DNA of 64,000 nucleotides from a virus. Shown piece after piece: positions 28,876 to 37,967 of the stretch. Numbering within the stretch: the first letter of the stretch is position 1; each line of letters opens with the position of its first letter. Where the stretch lies: the IMG/VR virus record IMGVR_UViG_3300047457_001149, positions 26,358 to 90,357 of that record; one strand, 5' to 3'. The position numbers and the translations under genes are program-made. The notes below the pieces were generated by a model, which saw only the letters and a list, made by a program, of their open reading frames with translations, had not been told where the DNA came from and did no database searches.

Positions 28876-31800
28876 CTACGGGAGGCTGTCAAGGAGCCCG
28901 CGCATTCCTGCGCTGGAAATTGTGTCTCGGAAAAGCTGAGCGGCCTCACGCAGCTCGCGCGCGCTACTAAGGAGGGGGTCTCCTGCTCCCCCAATGCCTT
29001 CGTTGCGCATCTCGATTTCTGCCGCCGCGGAGTCCAGTAGCTGCGAAGCGGCACCCCGCTCGCCTGAGCTCGTGGGGTTCATCGCGCTGGCGACCTCTCT
29101 GTTGACAAAGCCTTCTGCGTTTTCCCTGCCCAAGATCGCTGAACGGACTCGGTATCCGAAAGTGTCTCGGACTTTTTCTCTTTCCGCACCGGCTTGCTGT
29201 CCAGCCAGTTGTAGCAGCTCGTTGATCTGCCCCCGCGCGTTTGGGTCGCCCCGACGATGGCGGCGAAGTGCGTCCGCGAGCACGCGGCCGTAGCGACCCT
29301 GCTGCTGAAGCTGCGCCATGCGCGACGGGTCCGCTGCAAGCTCATCGATGTTCGCGCTGAGCCTCGCTTCGCTAAAGCCCCCGCGCGTGCCCATCATGCC
29401 GCCGATGGCGTCCCTGTCGCGGGCCAGGTCGGCCAGCGGGCCCCCCATGTTCCCCAAGACGTCGAGGCTGCTGACGACGTCTTCACCCGCTTGGCCACTT
29501 CGCATGAGGGTCTCGCCCTCGCGGAACGCGCTGAGCATTCCTTCAGCGGTCCGTTGAGAGCCAATGGCTTGCGAGAAATTGCGAGCCGCCAAGGTGCCTT
29601 CCTCGGTGGTAAGGAAGCGTTCAGATACTCCCTCCGCGCGGGACATGATGTTGGCGTACTCTTCGCGAGACACCGTCCGCCGAAGCTCTCCAGACATACT
29701 CTGAATGATTCTGCGCGCGCTCTCTTGCTGCGCGGGGCTGCCACGACGGATCGCCGCGTTCGCCATACCCAGCGAAGCGAGAATGTGCCGCGTCCGCTCC
29801 GCTTTCGCCGACCCCTCTGGGCCTACCCCCTCGATGTTTCCCATGATCGACATGAGCGCACGCGCCGATGCACGGGACCCGCTGTGCCCGAGCAGCGACT
29901 CAGCGCCGCGACGGCGGTCCTCTTCAAAGTTGTGCAGCGCTCTACTGCGGCTCGGCACCATGCTCTGCCCTAGCTCAATTCCCTGCTCCAGCCCTTCTCG
30001 TTGGACGTCGGTCATCATCAGCCGGGCTTCTGGCGCTACCTGTTGGATCGCCAGGTTCGGGTTTCGATCAAAGATCCTAGCGGCCTCCTGCTCGCTTCTT
30101 CCGGCCGCGCGCATCGAAGCGATGAACGCCTGGCGGTACTCGCCCGAGGTTCGTAGCTCGCCGCCAAACAAGTTGCCAGGGGAGATGAAGTTGGTGGCGG
30201 CGGTCGGCAGCATGTTGAACGCCGTCTGGAACGCTGCGTTGCCGACCATCGTCTCTAGCCGCTCTCCGCGCCCCATTGTGGCTACGCGCCGAGCGAACTC
30301 GCTGCGCGCCCGCTCGCCGGCGGCGCCTCCGCCAAAGGTGGCTTCCATCTGTCCCATCGCCGAGATCTCGTCTCGCATCGTCCCATGCAAGAGCTGCTGA
30401 GACATTCGGCCGCCTTCAGCGAAGACGCGAGCTCCTTGGCGCAATGTCTCCAAGGGAAGTTCTTTGTCCGTCCCGAGGATGCCTCCTGTAGCGGTCTCCA
30501 TCGCGCCAGACAGCAGAAAGCCTTCTCCCATAGCGAGCAGCCCGCGACGTCCCGTGCCTTGCGAGAGCCCGTAACCGATTCGCATGCGGTCGTACAAAGA
30601 CATCTCGCTGATCTCACCCTCGGGCCGGTTTCCCCGCTGCTGGAGGTACCTCGCGAAATCTCCAGAACGAACCAGTCGCGACTGCCGGCGACGGTCGAGG
30701 TCTGAGCTTGGCGCAAAGTAGTAGTTCTGGGCTTCGATGCCGCCCGTGAGCCGCGAGAGCCCCGTCTCGATTCCGTGGATGTCGTGCTCTACCTCAGAAA
30801 TGAAGCCGCCGACACGCCGGCTTTGCCGAAGCACGTCCATGACGCCCGGCATATTTTGTTCCCGCACGCGCTCCGCGTCGGCCTTTGCCTCGCGCATGCG
30901 GGTGGCCGCCTCTTGCCTTTGTGCGGCGTAAAAAGTCGGTGAGGTTACCTCCATCGCGCGCGCCATAGCGGCGTTCTCGTCAAGACCGGCGATACGGGCC
31001 GCCGTAATAAACCCTTGCGTGCCGCGCATGCCCATTCCGCGCGCGAGCCCTAGAATCTGAGAGTCCTCGACGTTGCGCTGGGCAAACGGGCCCTGGGACT
31101 GCAGGATCCGAGAGATTTGATCCCGCAGCATCGGCTGCATGCTGACGGCCATTCCGAGCCCACCAACCCCGAGATTGCTCGCCATGGCGGACAGGTTGTT
31201 CGCCCCTATCCCTGTCATAGAGAAGAGGTTGCCTCCGCCCGCGGCCAAGCTTTGGAGAGCAGATACGTTGAGCCCGCCGCCCGCGGTCATCATCGCGGGA
31301 GCGAGCATCGGCATCCCCATCATGTTGGCGCTGAACTGGTTGTACATTGCCGCGAGACCTTGAGGGCCTCGCAGCGCGGACATAAGTGCCGGGTTGATGT
31401 AGCCCGCATTCTGTCCCATGGTCGCCATGCCGAGATTGGCCATGCCGGCGCGAGTTCCCGCTCCCGCGCTCATGCCGAAGTTTTGGAACATTCCCGCGCC
31501 CGCGCTGCCGCCCACCTCCAGCATCTCTTGAAAGGATGTCCCGGCCATGCGGGCAAAGGCTCTACCGCTCTGCACGGCCCCGAGGGTCTCGCTCAGGTTG
31601 AGGCCGCTCGTGCGGAGGTTGCCCATCGTCTGGAGTGCGCGCTGAATGTCCGGCTCTTGCGCGAGCTCCATGAAGGCGCTCAAGCTCTTGGCGACGTCGC
31701 GAACCCGAGAAGTCATCTGCTCGACGTTGCCAACGCCGCTCATAAGGCCGGCGTGGGCTGCGCCCTGTGTGATGCCCGCTACGTCTGAAGCGTTAAACCG

Positions 31801-32610
31801 ATCGAAAGTCTCTCGACGAAAAGTCGAAGAGTTCCCGAGATTTTGCAGGCTCTCAGCTGCCCGCTCAGCCATGCTGGCGCTGAATCCGACTCCGAGGGGC
31901 CCCGAGCCGACGGGCATGAAATGCGCTGACAGGTGCTCAATGCCGCGCGCGAAGCCCGCTTGCTGCATCCTTGGAGCCATGACTTGCTCCATGAATGTGT
32001 TCTGCGCAAAGGCGCCGGCTCCGAAGTGCTCCATGCCGAACATGGCGCCGAGCCCGCCGATAGCGGCGCCAATTCCTCCGCCAAACTTTCCGCCCGCGTA
32101 AGCTCCGGCGAGGCCCGCCAGACCGACCGCGCCTACGCGGGCGCCGAGACCCGCGTAGGATGCTCGGTTGGCGTAGTTTTGTGCGCTCTCCGCTATCTCT
32201 TGTTCAACCGCCCCGGCGTACGGGGTGTTGAAGAGGCTCGGGGCGAAAGATCCGCCGAAGATGCCGGGGGACATCTGCGGTCCCGCGTACATAGGCGGCG
32301 GCGGGGGCATCGCGGGCGAGAAGGCCGAGCGCGGGTTGCCCATCATCCCCATGTAGGGATTCGGCGTTTGCGGGCCCATCATGGCCGCGGGGGACGGATA
32401 TCCCGCCATGCCTCCGAAGCCGGGCATGCCTGCCATAATGTTGTTGGCCGGCAGGATAGACATCGCCGCCCCGGGCCCGCCCATAGACAGGGCGGCGGCG
32501 ATTTGTCCGGGAAAGACGACCGGCGGAGGAACGGCGATCGCAGCAGGCAAGAGGCCCGCCTGTTGCTGCATGGAGTTATAGCCGGGGTCCTGGCCATCTT
32601 CGAACGGCAT
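28876..32610 (-). CDS. Tape measure protein
   Basis: 1244 aa Gly/Ala/Met-rich helical; directly after frameshifted chaperone pair. Confidence 0.78.
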   Translation of the reverse strand: MPFEDGQDPGYNSMQQQAGLLPAAIAVPPPVVFPGQIAAALSMGGPGAAMSILPANNIMAGMPGFGGMAGYPSPAAMMGPQTPNPYMGMMGNPRSAFSPAMPPPPPMYAGPQMSPGIFGGSFAPSLFNTPYAGAVEQEIAESAQNYANRASYAGLGARVGAVGLAGLAGAYAGGKFGGGIGAAIGGLGAMFGMEHFGAGAFAQNTFMEQVMAPRMQQAGFARGIEHLSAHFMPVGSGPLGVGFSASMAERAAESLQNLGNSSTFRRETFDRFNASDVAGITQGAAHAGLMSGVGNVEQMTSRVRDVAKSLSAFMELAQEPDIQRALQTMGNLRTSGLNLSETLGAVQSGRAFARMAGTSFQEMLEVGGSAGAGMFQNFGMSAGAGTRAGMANLGMATMGQNAGYINPALMSALRGPQGLAAMYNQFSANMMGMPMLAPAMMTAGGGLNVSALQSLAAGGGNLFSMTGIGANNLSAMASNLGVGGLGMAVSMQPMLRDQISRILQSQGPFAQRNVEDSQILGLARGMGMRGTQGFITAARIAGLDENAAMARAMEVTSPTFYAAQRQEAATRMREAKADAERVREQNMPGVMDVLRQSRRVGGFISEVEHDIHGIETGLSRLTGGIEAQNYYFAPSSDLDRRRQSRLVRSGDFARYLQQRGNRPEGEISEMSLYDRMRIGYGLSQGTGRRGLLAMGEGFLLSGAMETATGGILGTDKELPLETLRQGARVFAEGGRMSQQLLHGTMRDEISAMGQMEATFGGGAAGERARSEFARRVATMGRGERLETMVGNAAFQTAFNMLPTAATNFISPGNLFGGELRTSGEYRQAFIASMRAAGRSEQEAARIFDRNPNLAIQQVAPEARLMMTDVQREGLEQGIELGQSMVPSRSRALHNFEEDRRRGAESLLGHSGSRASARALMSIMGNIEGVGPEGSAKAERTRHILASLGMANAAIRRGSPAQQESARRIIQSMSGELRRTVSREEYANIMSRAEGVSERFLTTEEGTLAARNFSQAIGSQRTAEGMLSAFREGETLMRSGQAGEDVVSSLDVLGNMGGPLADLARDRDAIGGMMGTRGGFSEARLSANIDELAADPSRMAQLQQQGRYGRVLADALRRHRRGDPNARGQINELLQLAGQQAGAEREKVRDTFGYRVRSAILGRENAEGFVNREVASAMNPTSSGERGAASQLLDSAAAEIEMRNEGIGGAGDPLLSSARELREAAQLFRDTISSAGMRGLLDSLP

Positions 32611-32619
32611 GCCCCAAGT

Positions 32620-33030
32620 CTACTTGTCTTCGCTGAAGGACGCGACGCGCTTGAGCGCCTCGGCCTCGCGAATCTTCTGCTCAGCCTGCTTCTGACTCTC
32701 GATCCTCAACCGCTCGCGCTCCTCGCGCTGATACTCAGGCATGTAACGGTCTTGGTAGAGCTCGGCTTCGTAGAGCTTCAGCCAGAGGTTGATGTCCTCG
32801 TGGATGGCCTTTTTACGCCGTATTATCTGCTCCGCGTCTGTTCCCATCTCGACGAGCAAAAAGATCATCCGCTCGAAAAGACGGGTCGTCAGAGACACTT
32901 CCGCGTACTTCAAGTTCTGCTCGCGGAAGATCATCTCCTGCAAAACCGCGTCTTGAAACGAGCCCGCCTTGGGCAGCTTTACGCCGTCCGCCGAGGCCTT
33001 GGCGCGAACCACCCCAGACGGGCGAATCAA
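32620..33030 (-). CDS. Tail assembly chaperone, -1 frameshift extension (GT-like)
   Basis: Open frame without a good start of its own, entered at slippery G GGT TTT; reads LIRPSGVVRAK...SFSEDK. Confidence 0.75.
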   Translation of the reverse strand: MIRPSGVVRAKASADGVKLPKAGSFQDAVLQEMIFREQNLKYAEVSLTTRLFERMIFLLVEMGTDAEQIIRRKKAIHEDINLWLKLYEAELYQDRYMPEYQREERERLRIESQKQAEQKIREAEALKRVASFSEDK

Positions 33031-33731
33031 AAACCCGAAGACGCCCCCTCGCTGAGGGCGGCGTAGGTCTTGTTGTCGAAGTCGACGAGCGCGCGGTAGA
33101 GGGCCTCGACCATCGGCCCCGCGATGAACCGATCGCAAAAAGCCAGGCGCTCTCGGAAGGCGCGGTCGTGGTCGCTCATCGGCTCGTCAGGAGCCGCCGT
33201 GGCGAGCGCCTTGTCGCGGTAGCGAACCAGTGAGCAGGCGAGCTGCACGCGGAGTCGCGCTTGATTGATGACTGCTTGATCAAAAGTCCGAACGTCGTCG
33301 AGGGCGTTAGCGACGCGCTGGTTGGAGGCGGCGTCGCGCGAGCGGAGAACCACCTTCAGACGCCCATGGTAGAGCGCGTACTCCTTCTCCCAGTAGCCCT
33401 GCTCAAGCACCTTGTCGAGGATCTCGTTGGCCTCATCCTCTTCCATGCCCGCGTTCTTGATGTTCCGCAGCCACCGCTCGGCCGGGGTCAGGCTGACGTA
33501 CTCCTTGGCCTTGCTCTTGACCTCTTCGATCTGCTTCGCGCGCGCCTCTGGCTCGGCCTCAACCGGCATTTCGTTGAGCATCTGCTGCGCGAGCTGGTCT
33601 GCGGGATCGTTGGGATTGAAGACCGGGGTCTTGGGCGCGACCGCCTTGCCGGGAGCGGGAGTGGGAGCGGGAACCGGTGCCGGAGTCTTTTCGCCGTAAA
33701 CGCCAGGGCGCCGAATGTCCTTGTTGGTCAT
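33027..33731 (-). CDS. Tail assembly chaperone (G-like)
   Basis: 234 aa ending SSGF-stop with slippery heptamer; upstream of tape measure. Confidence 0.75.
   Translation of the reverse strand: MTNKDIRRPGVYGEKTPAPVPAPTPAPGKAVAPKTPVFNPNDPADQLAQQMLNEMPVEAEPEARAKQIEEVKSKAKEYVSLTPAERWLRNIKNAGMEEDEANEILDKVLEQGYWEKEYALYHGRLKVVLRSRDAASNQRVANALDDVRTFDQAVINQARLRVQLACSLVRYRDKALATAAPDEPMSDHDRAFRERLAFCDRFIAGPMVEALYRALVDFDNKTYAALSEGASSGF
33030..33036 (-). other. Programmed -1 ribosomal frameshift site G GGT TTT
   Basis: Minus strand TCG GGT TTT TGA; fits X XXY YYZ and -1 frame stays open to 32620. Confidence 0.8.
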
Positions 33732-33818
33732 GCTCGTACTTCCTTACCTGTTTGTGGTATAGGTGATTTGGGAAGCCTACTCGCTTTCCGCGCAGGGGAG
33801 AAGCCCCGAGGAGAAATC

Positions 33819-35894
33819 ATGAGTGCAGCAGAGTGGTTGAACGATTCAAGTCGTGGCATCGCGCGAGTTGTCCGACCTGGACAAGTTGCGATGGCCAAGC
33901 TGGTCGAGGAAGTCCTCACCAGCGAAAAGGGCGGGGTGGCGTTTCTGGAGGCAGGAACTGGCACAGGTAAGAGCTTCGCGTACTCAGTGCCGGCGATTCT
34001 CAGCGGCAAGCGCGTCGTTATCTCGACGGCGAAGAAGGCGCTACAGAATCAGCTCGTCGAGAAGGATCTCCCCTTCTTGACGGGGAAGATCAAGCAGACT
34101 TCTTTTTCGCTCTTGAAGGGCAAGAACAACTACGCATGCGGGCTCCGCTTCAACGAGCTCCGGGAGAACGACGCGTTTACGCGGTTGCCCATCTTTGAGC
34201 AGAACGCCTTCGCGAACTGGATGGAGGCTGGCGGCTACCACGACCTCTCGGACTTCACGCCGCCTTTCACGCTCGAAAGCATGGTGCGGGTCACCGAGTG
34301 CGTGCGGAAGAACTGCCCCTACGCCGAGTCGACGTGCGGGTACGTCAAGGCGCGCGACGCGGCCATGGCCGCGCAGATCGTCGTCGTGAACCACGCGCTC
34401 CTCGCCTATGACCTCTCGGTCGGCGGCGGGAAGATCCTGGGGCCTTACGACGCGCTCATCATCGACGAGGGCCATCAGGCCCCGAAGTACTTCCGCGAGG
34501 CCTTCTCGCTGAAGCTGCATCACAAGCATCCGGAAGCGATCAAGCGGCTCTTCGACGGCACTGAGTTCGAGCCGCACGCGCTGCTGGAGCACATCTACAA
34601 CTCGATCTTCACAACCGTGGCGCCCAAGAGCGAGCGCCTGAGTCTGACGGACAAGCTTCGCCAGTCGTTTGAAGACCTCTACACCGAGCTCGACAAGACT
34701 TACCGCAAGCTCAAGGCCCGCGGTCTTCTCGACGAGGACGACGGGGCGCAAGAGGCCGCCACAGCCGTAGCGGTCGCGCGGGCAAAGCTCAAGTCCGGCG
34801 CCACACTGGTGGACAAGAGCCGCAAGCTCGCGCAGATCGTGCTGGGCACGCACGTCGTCCGTGACGAAGAGGGTCAGATCATCGAGGGCGACGACACAGA
34901 CTACCTCTGCTACGTCGAGAAGCGTGGGCGCGGCGAGGTCCCTGAGATCGTTGTCACTCCCGTTGAGGTTGGCCCGCTGATCGCTCCGGGGCTGCTTGGT
35001 CTCGGGCGCGTGGTGGTGACGAGCGCGACGCTAGCGACGCCAAACGGCATGGACTACATGGCGCGCGAGTACGGGCTGACGCCCGGACAGGTCGCGATCA
35101 AGCAGGTCCTGGCCTCGCCGTTCGACTACAAGGCGCGGTCCACCGCGTACGTGTCGTCGACGTCGCCGGACCCTTCGGGGCGCGGCGACGACTACTACTC
35201 GATGATGAGCGAGGAGATTCACGAGCTCCTCGTCGCGTCGAAGGGCGGCGCCTTCGTTCTCTGCGCCAGCTACGACGACATGAACAAGCTCGCGGACGGC
35301 TGCCGTGAGCTCCTGCGCGGGTCGCTCAAGGGAGCTGGCGCTCCGTACCTCGTCTCTACCCAGGTGGGCTCCCCGGAGCCTCTCCTTGACTGGTTCAAGA
35401 ACACGCCGCGCGCCGTGCTCTTCGCCGTCAAGACTTTCTGGGAGGGCGTTGACGTACCTGGCCTCGGGCTTCGGCTCGTGGTCATTCCTCGTCTGCCGTT
35501 CCCTAACGCGGGCGACGTCGTTCTGCAGGCTCGAAAGAAGTTGGTGATGGACCGCCTCATCGAGAACGCAGGCTATGAAGAGAAGCGGGCCTCGCTGTCG
35601 GCCTGGGACTCTTTCGACTTCCAAGAGGCCATCATGGACCTCAAGCAAGGTGCTGGGCGGCTGATCCGCTCCGAGACGGACATGGGCGTGGTCGCGCTCC
35701 TTGACCGTCGGGCCTTTGGTACAACCAAGGGATATTCCAACAAGGTGCGAGCGGCGCTGCCGATGCCGACGACCAGTGACAAGGCCAAGGTGCTGCAGTT
35801 CCTGACGGCGCTCGCCGGCAAGGCGGCAGTACCGGAGCTTCCGCCTGTGCGCGGAGGCTCTACTCCGAAGCTCGACCGCTCGGGCGAGCTTTAA
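33819..35894 (+). CDS. dinG: DinG/XPD-family helicase
   Basis: EAGTGTGKS, Fe-S Cys cluster, VVNHALL, IIDEGH, TSATL, FWEGVDVPG, QGAGRLIRSETD; GAGGAG RBS. Confidence 0.93.
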   Translation: MSAAEWLNDSSRGIARVVRPGQVAMAKLVEEVLTSEKGGVAFLEAGTGTGKSFAYSVPAILSGKRVVISTAKKALQNQLVEKDLPFLTGKIKQTSFSLLKGKNNYACGLRFNELRENDAFTRLPIFEQNAFANWMEAGGYHDLSDFTPPFTLESMVRVTECVRKNCPYAESTCGYVKARDAAMAAQIVVVNHALLAYDLSVGGGKILGPYDALIIDEGHQAPKYFREAFSLKLHHKHPEAIKRLFDGTEFEPHALLEHIYNSIFTTVAPKSERLSLTDKLRQSFEDLYTELDKTYRKLKARGLLDEDDGAQEAATAVAVARAKLKSGATLVDKSRKLAQIVLGTHVVRDEEGQIIEGDDTDYLCYVEKRGRGEVPEIVVTPVEVGPLIAPGLLGLGRVVVTSATLATPNGMDYMAREYGLTPGQVAIKQVLASPFDYKARSTAYVSSTSPDPSGRGDDYYSMMSEEIHELLVASKGGAFVLCASYDDMNKLADGCRELLRGSLKGAGAPYLVSTQVGSPEPLLDWFKNTPRAVLFAVKTFWEGVDVPGLGLRLVVIPRLPFPNAGDVVLQARKKLVMDRLIENAGYEEKRASLSAWDSFDFQEAIMDLKQGAGRLIRSETDMGVVALLDRRAFGTTKGYSNKVRAALPMPTTSDKAKVLQFLTALAGKAAVPELPPVRGGSTPKLDRSGEL

Positions 35895-35939
35895 CCCGGT
35901 AAAGTAGCGCGCGCCGGAGAGTACCTGTAGACTCCGGGC

Positions 35940-36410
35940 GTGTTCCCCGACGTCCCTGATCGCCTCCCGACGTGCGTCTGCGTCAAGTGCCGGCTGCCGA
36001 TCAAAGACAAGCACGCGGTCGTGCAAGTCTTGTCGGCAGCCGGCATCGGGCCAGGGCCGGGCACCGGGCGTACCGTACACATCAATGAGATCGCCGAAGC
36101 GGCCCACTTGGACTGCGCGCGACCGGCGCTCACGTTGAGTGCGGACGCGATTCCGCGAACCAAGCTCAAGCCAGGAGACCCACCGCACGTGCCCCAGATG
36201 TCCCCCGACTACCAGTGCGTCCGCTGCGGCAAGGTCTACGGGCGCGCGGACCGATTCATCCAGGTCTACCGAGCAGAGGGGATCGCAGTTGATCCGGAAA
36301 CAAAGGCGCCCGCGCTTCGCTGCTCTGACGGCTACGAGACCTCCCACCTTGACTGCTCTGACCCGCAGCTGAAAGGCGAGGGGAGCCTGGTACTTGTGGG
36401 GACGGCATGA
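35940..36410 (+). CDS. Protein with two zinc-finger-like repeats
   Basis: CVKC...HLDC and CVRC...HLDC. Confidence 0.65.
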   Translation: MFPDVPDRLPTCVCVKCRLPIKDKHAVVQVLSAAGIGPGPGTGRTVHINEIAEAAHLDCARPALTLSADAIPRTKLKPGDPPHVPQMSPDYQCVRCGKVYGRADRFIQVYRAEGIAVDPETKAPALRCSDGYETSHLDCSDPQLKGEGSLVLVGTA

Positions 36411-36886
36411 GCCAGAAAGGCGTCGTTAACCCTTGGGCGAACCAAAAAAAGAAGGGCGCGGCTGATAGCGTTCAAGAGCGTCTCGCCGGAAAGGCCCGCG
36501 AAGGAAAGACGCCAGTATCGCTTCAAGGGCGGCTCTACTCGATCTTAGTGACGCTGCCGGTGCGCTTTCAAGAAAGCAAAGACGCTGACGTAGCTGCGCG
36601 GCATGTGATGGGCGAGTTCCTGCAGAAGAGCCAAAACACCCCGCTCGCGCAGCTCCTACTCCAGCAAAAGGTGAGCGTCAAAGAGTCGGATCTGATTGGG
36701 CCGAAGGTGACTTTTGAGTTTGGTCCTGTTCAGCTGCACGCTGCCGCCAGCTCTTCCGACTTGAATCTGGCCTTAGCCTTCGGCATTGATCGGCTCGCCC
36801 TCGCGCTCACGGAAGGGCGTGTGCGCAATAAGTCCCTTGAGAACTTGATGAAGGAGCACTTCCTTGAAGTGCTGCGGAACGTCTAG
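36407..36886 (+). CDS. Hypothetical protein
   Basis: 159 aa, ATGA-coupled. Confidence 0.65.
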   Translation: MSQKGVVNPWANQKKKGAADSVQERLAGKAREGKTPVSLQGRLYSILVTLPVRFQESKDADVAARHVMGEFLQKSQNTPLAQLLLQQKVSVKESDLIGPKVTFEFGPVQLHAAASSSDLNLALAFGIDRLALALTEGRVRNKSLENLMKEHFLEVLRNV

Positions 36887-36893
36887 GAGAAGC

Positions 36894-37139
36894 ATGAACA
36901 CGATCAAGTGCGGCGACTGTGTCTTCTTTGACCAGCGCGAGAAGTTCACTCCTCGCGGGCCAAAGCCCGCGTGGTACGGGTGGTGTGCGAAGAAGTCGAT
37001 CTATCCCCACCGCGCTCCGGACGGCATGGTCATTCCTGAGGGAGCTACAAGGGCGGCCGAGGATGCGACCATGAGCTCGCCTGTGATCGTGGACCCGAAG
37101 AAAGCCGTGGGGACCTGTACGGAGGTGGTGAGGAAGTGA
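36894..37139 (+). CDS. Small Cys-rich protein
   Basis: CGDC...WC...C; AGGAG RBS. Confidence 0.6.
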   Translation: MNTIKCGDCVFFDQREKFTPRGPKPAWYGWCAKKSIYPHRAPDGMVIPEGATRAAEDATMSSPVIVDPKKAVGTCTEVVRK

Positions 37140-37537
37140 TGGAACCGAAGGTTTACGTTCCAGGGCAGGATCGCAAGGCGGACGACCTGATCAAGCTCTA
37201 TGACAAGATCAACACGTCTCCCGCCGCTGAGCGCACGATCGGCGAAGAGCGGTCGGTCAAAGATCCCTTCGGCATTGAGAAACGAGGCGAGCCGAAGGAC
37301 GACTACGAGGCGGGCAAGAGCGCCGCTGAGCGCTTCACGAAGTTTTTCGGACTGCTGGTCCAGGACTTCGAGCTCGCCCCGCGCGCCGCGCTCTTCGCCG
37401 CTGAGCTGACGTTCCTCAACATCTTCAACGCCGACGATCTCCCGCTTCCTGAGGAGGAGGTCGAGGCGGCGCGCAAGGCGGCGTTCGACTACTACACGAA
37501 GAGCCGCGCGCTGATTCCTTCTACGGCCAAGCGGTGA
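37139..37537 (+). CDS. Hypothetical protein
   Basis: TGATG-coupled ORF. Confidence 0.65.
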   Translation: MEPKVYVPGQDRKADDLIKLYDKINTSPAAERTIGEERSVKDPFGIEKRGEPKDDYEAGKSAAERFTKFFGLLVQDFELAPRAALFAAELTFLNIFNADDLPLPEEEVEAARKAAFDYYTKSRALIPSTAKR

Positions 37538-37899
37538 TCGAGCACTTCGAGTACTGCTACCTCGTGCATCGAGCCCACGAGGTTCGGCGCATGGCCGAAC
37601 GGGCCAAGGCCGAGGGAGAAGAGTTTCACGTCTCGAACGCCTTCTCCCCGTTGGCTAACTACCTGATGGCACACGCCGTCATTCGTTCAATCTCCCCGGG
37701 CGAGCCTGAAGTCATCATCCTGCGGCTGCGTCATCCGGACGATGGGCAGGACTGGCTGCCGAAGGTGCGCGCGACGCAAGGGAAGTTCTTCGAACCCGGA
37801 TACGTCGAAGTTCCTGGCGTCGTCCGCGAGGACGGGCTCGTCGAACACCTCGCGTACTCGGACAAAGTGCCCGCGCCGCTCAAGCCGCCTACGCCGTAA
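37534..37899 (+). CDS. Hypothetical protein
   Basis: GTGA-coupled 121-aa ORF. Confidence 0.6.
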   Translation: MIEHFEYCYLVHRAHEVRRMAERAKAEGEEFHVSNAFSPLANYLMAHAVIRSISPGEPEVIILRLRHPDDGQDWLPKVRATQGKFFEPGYVEVPGVVREDGLVEHLAYSDKVPAPLKPPTP

Positions 37900-37957
37900 A
37901 AAATTCAGACTTGCTGGTACAAGGCTTCACTTTCCCTCCCATTGTGGGAGTGAAAGT
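37896..37957 (+). promoter_or_regulatory. Putative phage promoter GTAAA-N10-TTGCtGGTAcAAG followed by leader hairpin
   Basis: Motif shared with 1958 and 51158; ACTTTCCCTCCC-ATTGT-GGGAGTGAAAGT hairpin just downstream. Confidence 0.6.
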
Positions 37958-37967
37958 CGGAGGAATC

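Noticed and set aside
33261-33818. N-terminal extension making DinG 877 aa
   Set aside because: Antisense to the tail chaperone gene; ATG 33819 has a GAGGAG RBS just before the helicase motifs
33819-35894. DinG as part of type IV CRISPR or another defence system
   Set aside because: No csf/cas genes, array or recognisable partners nearby
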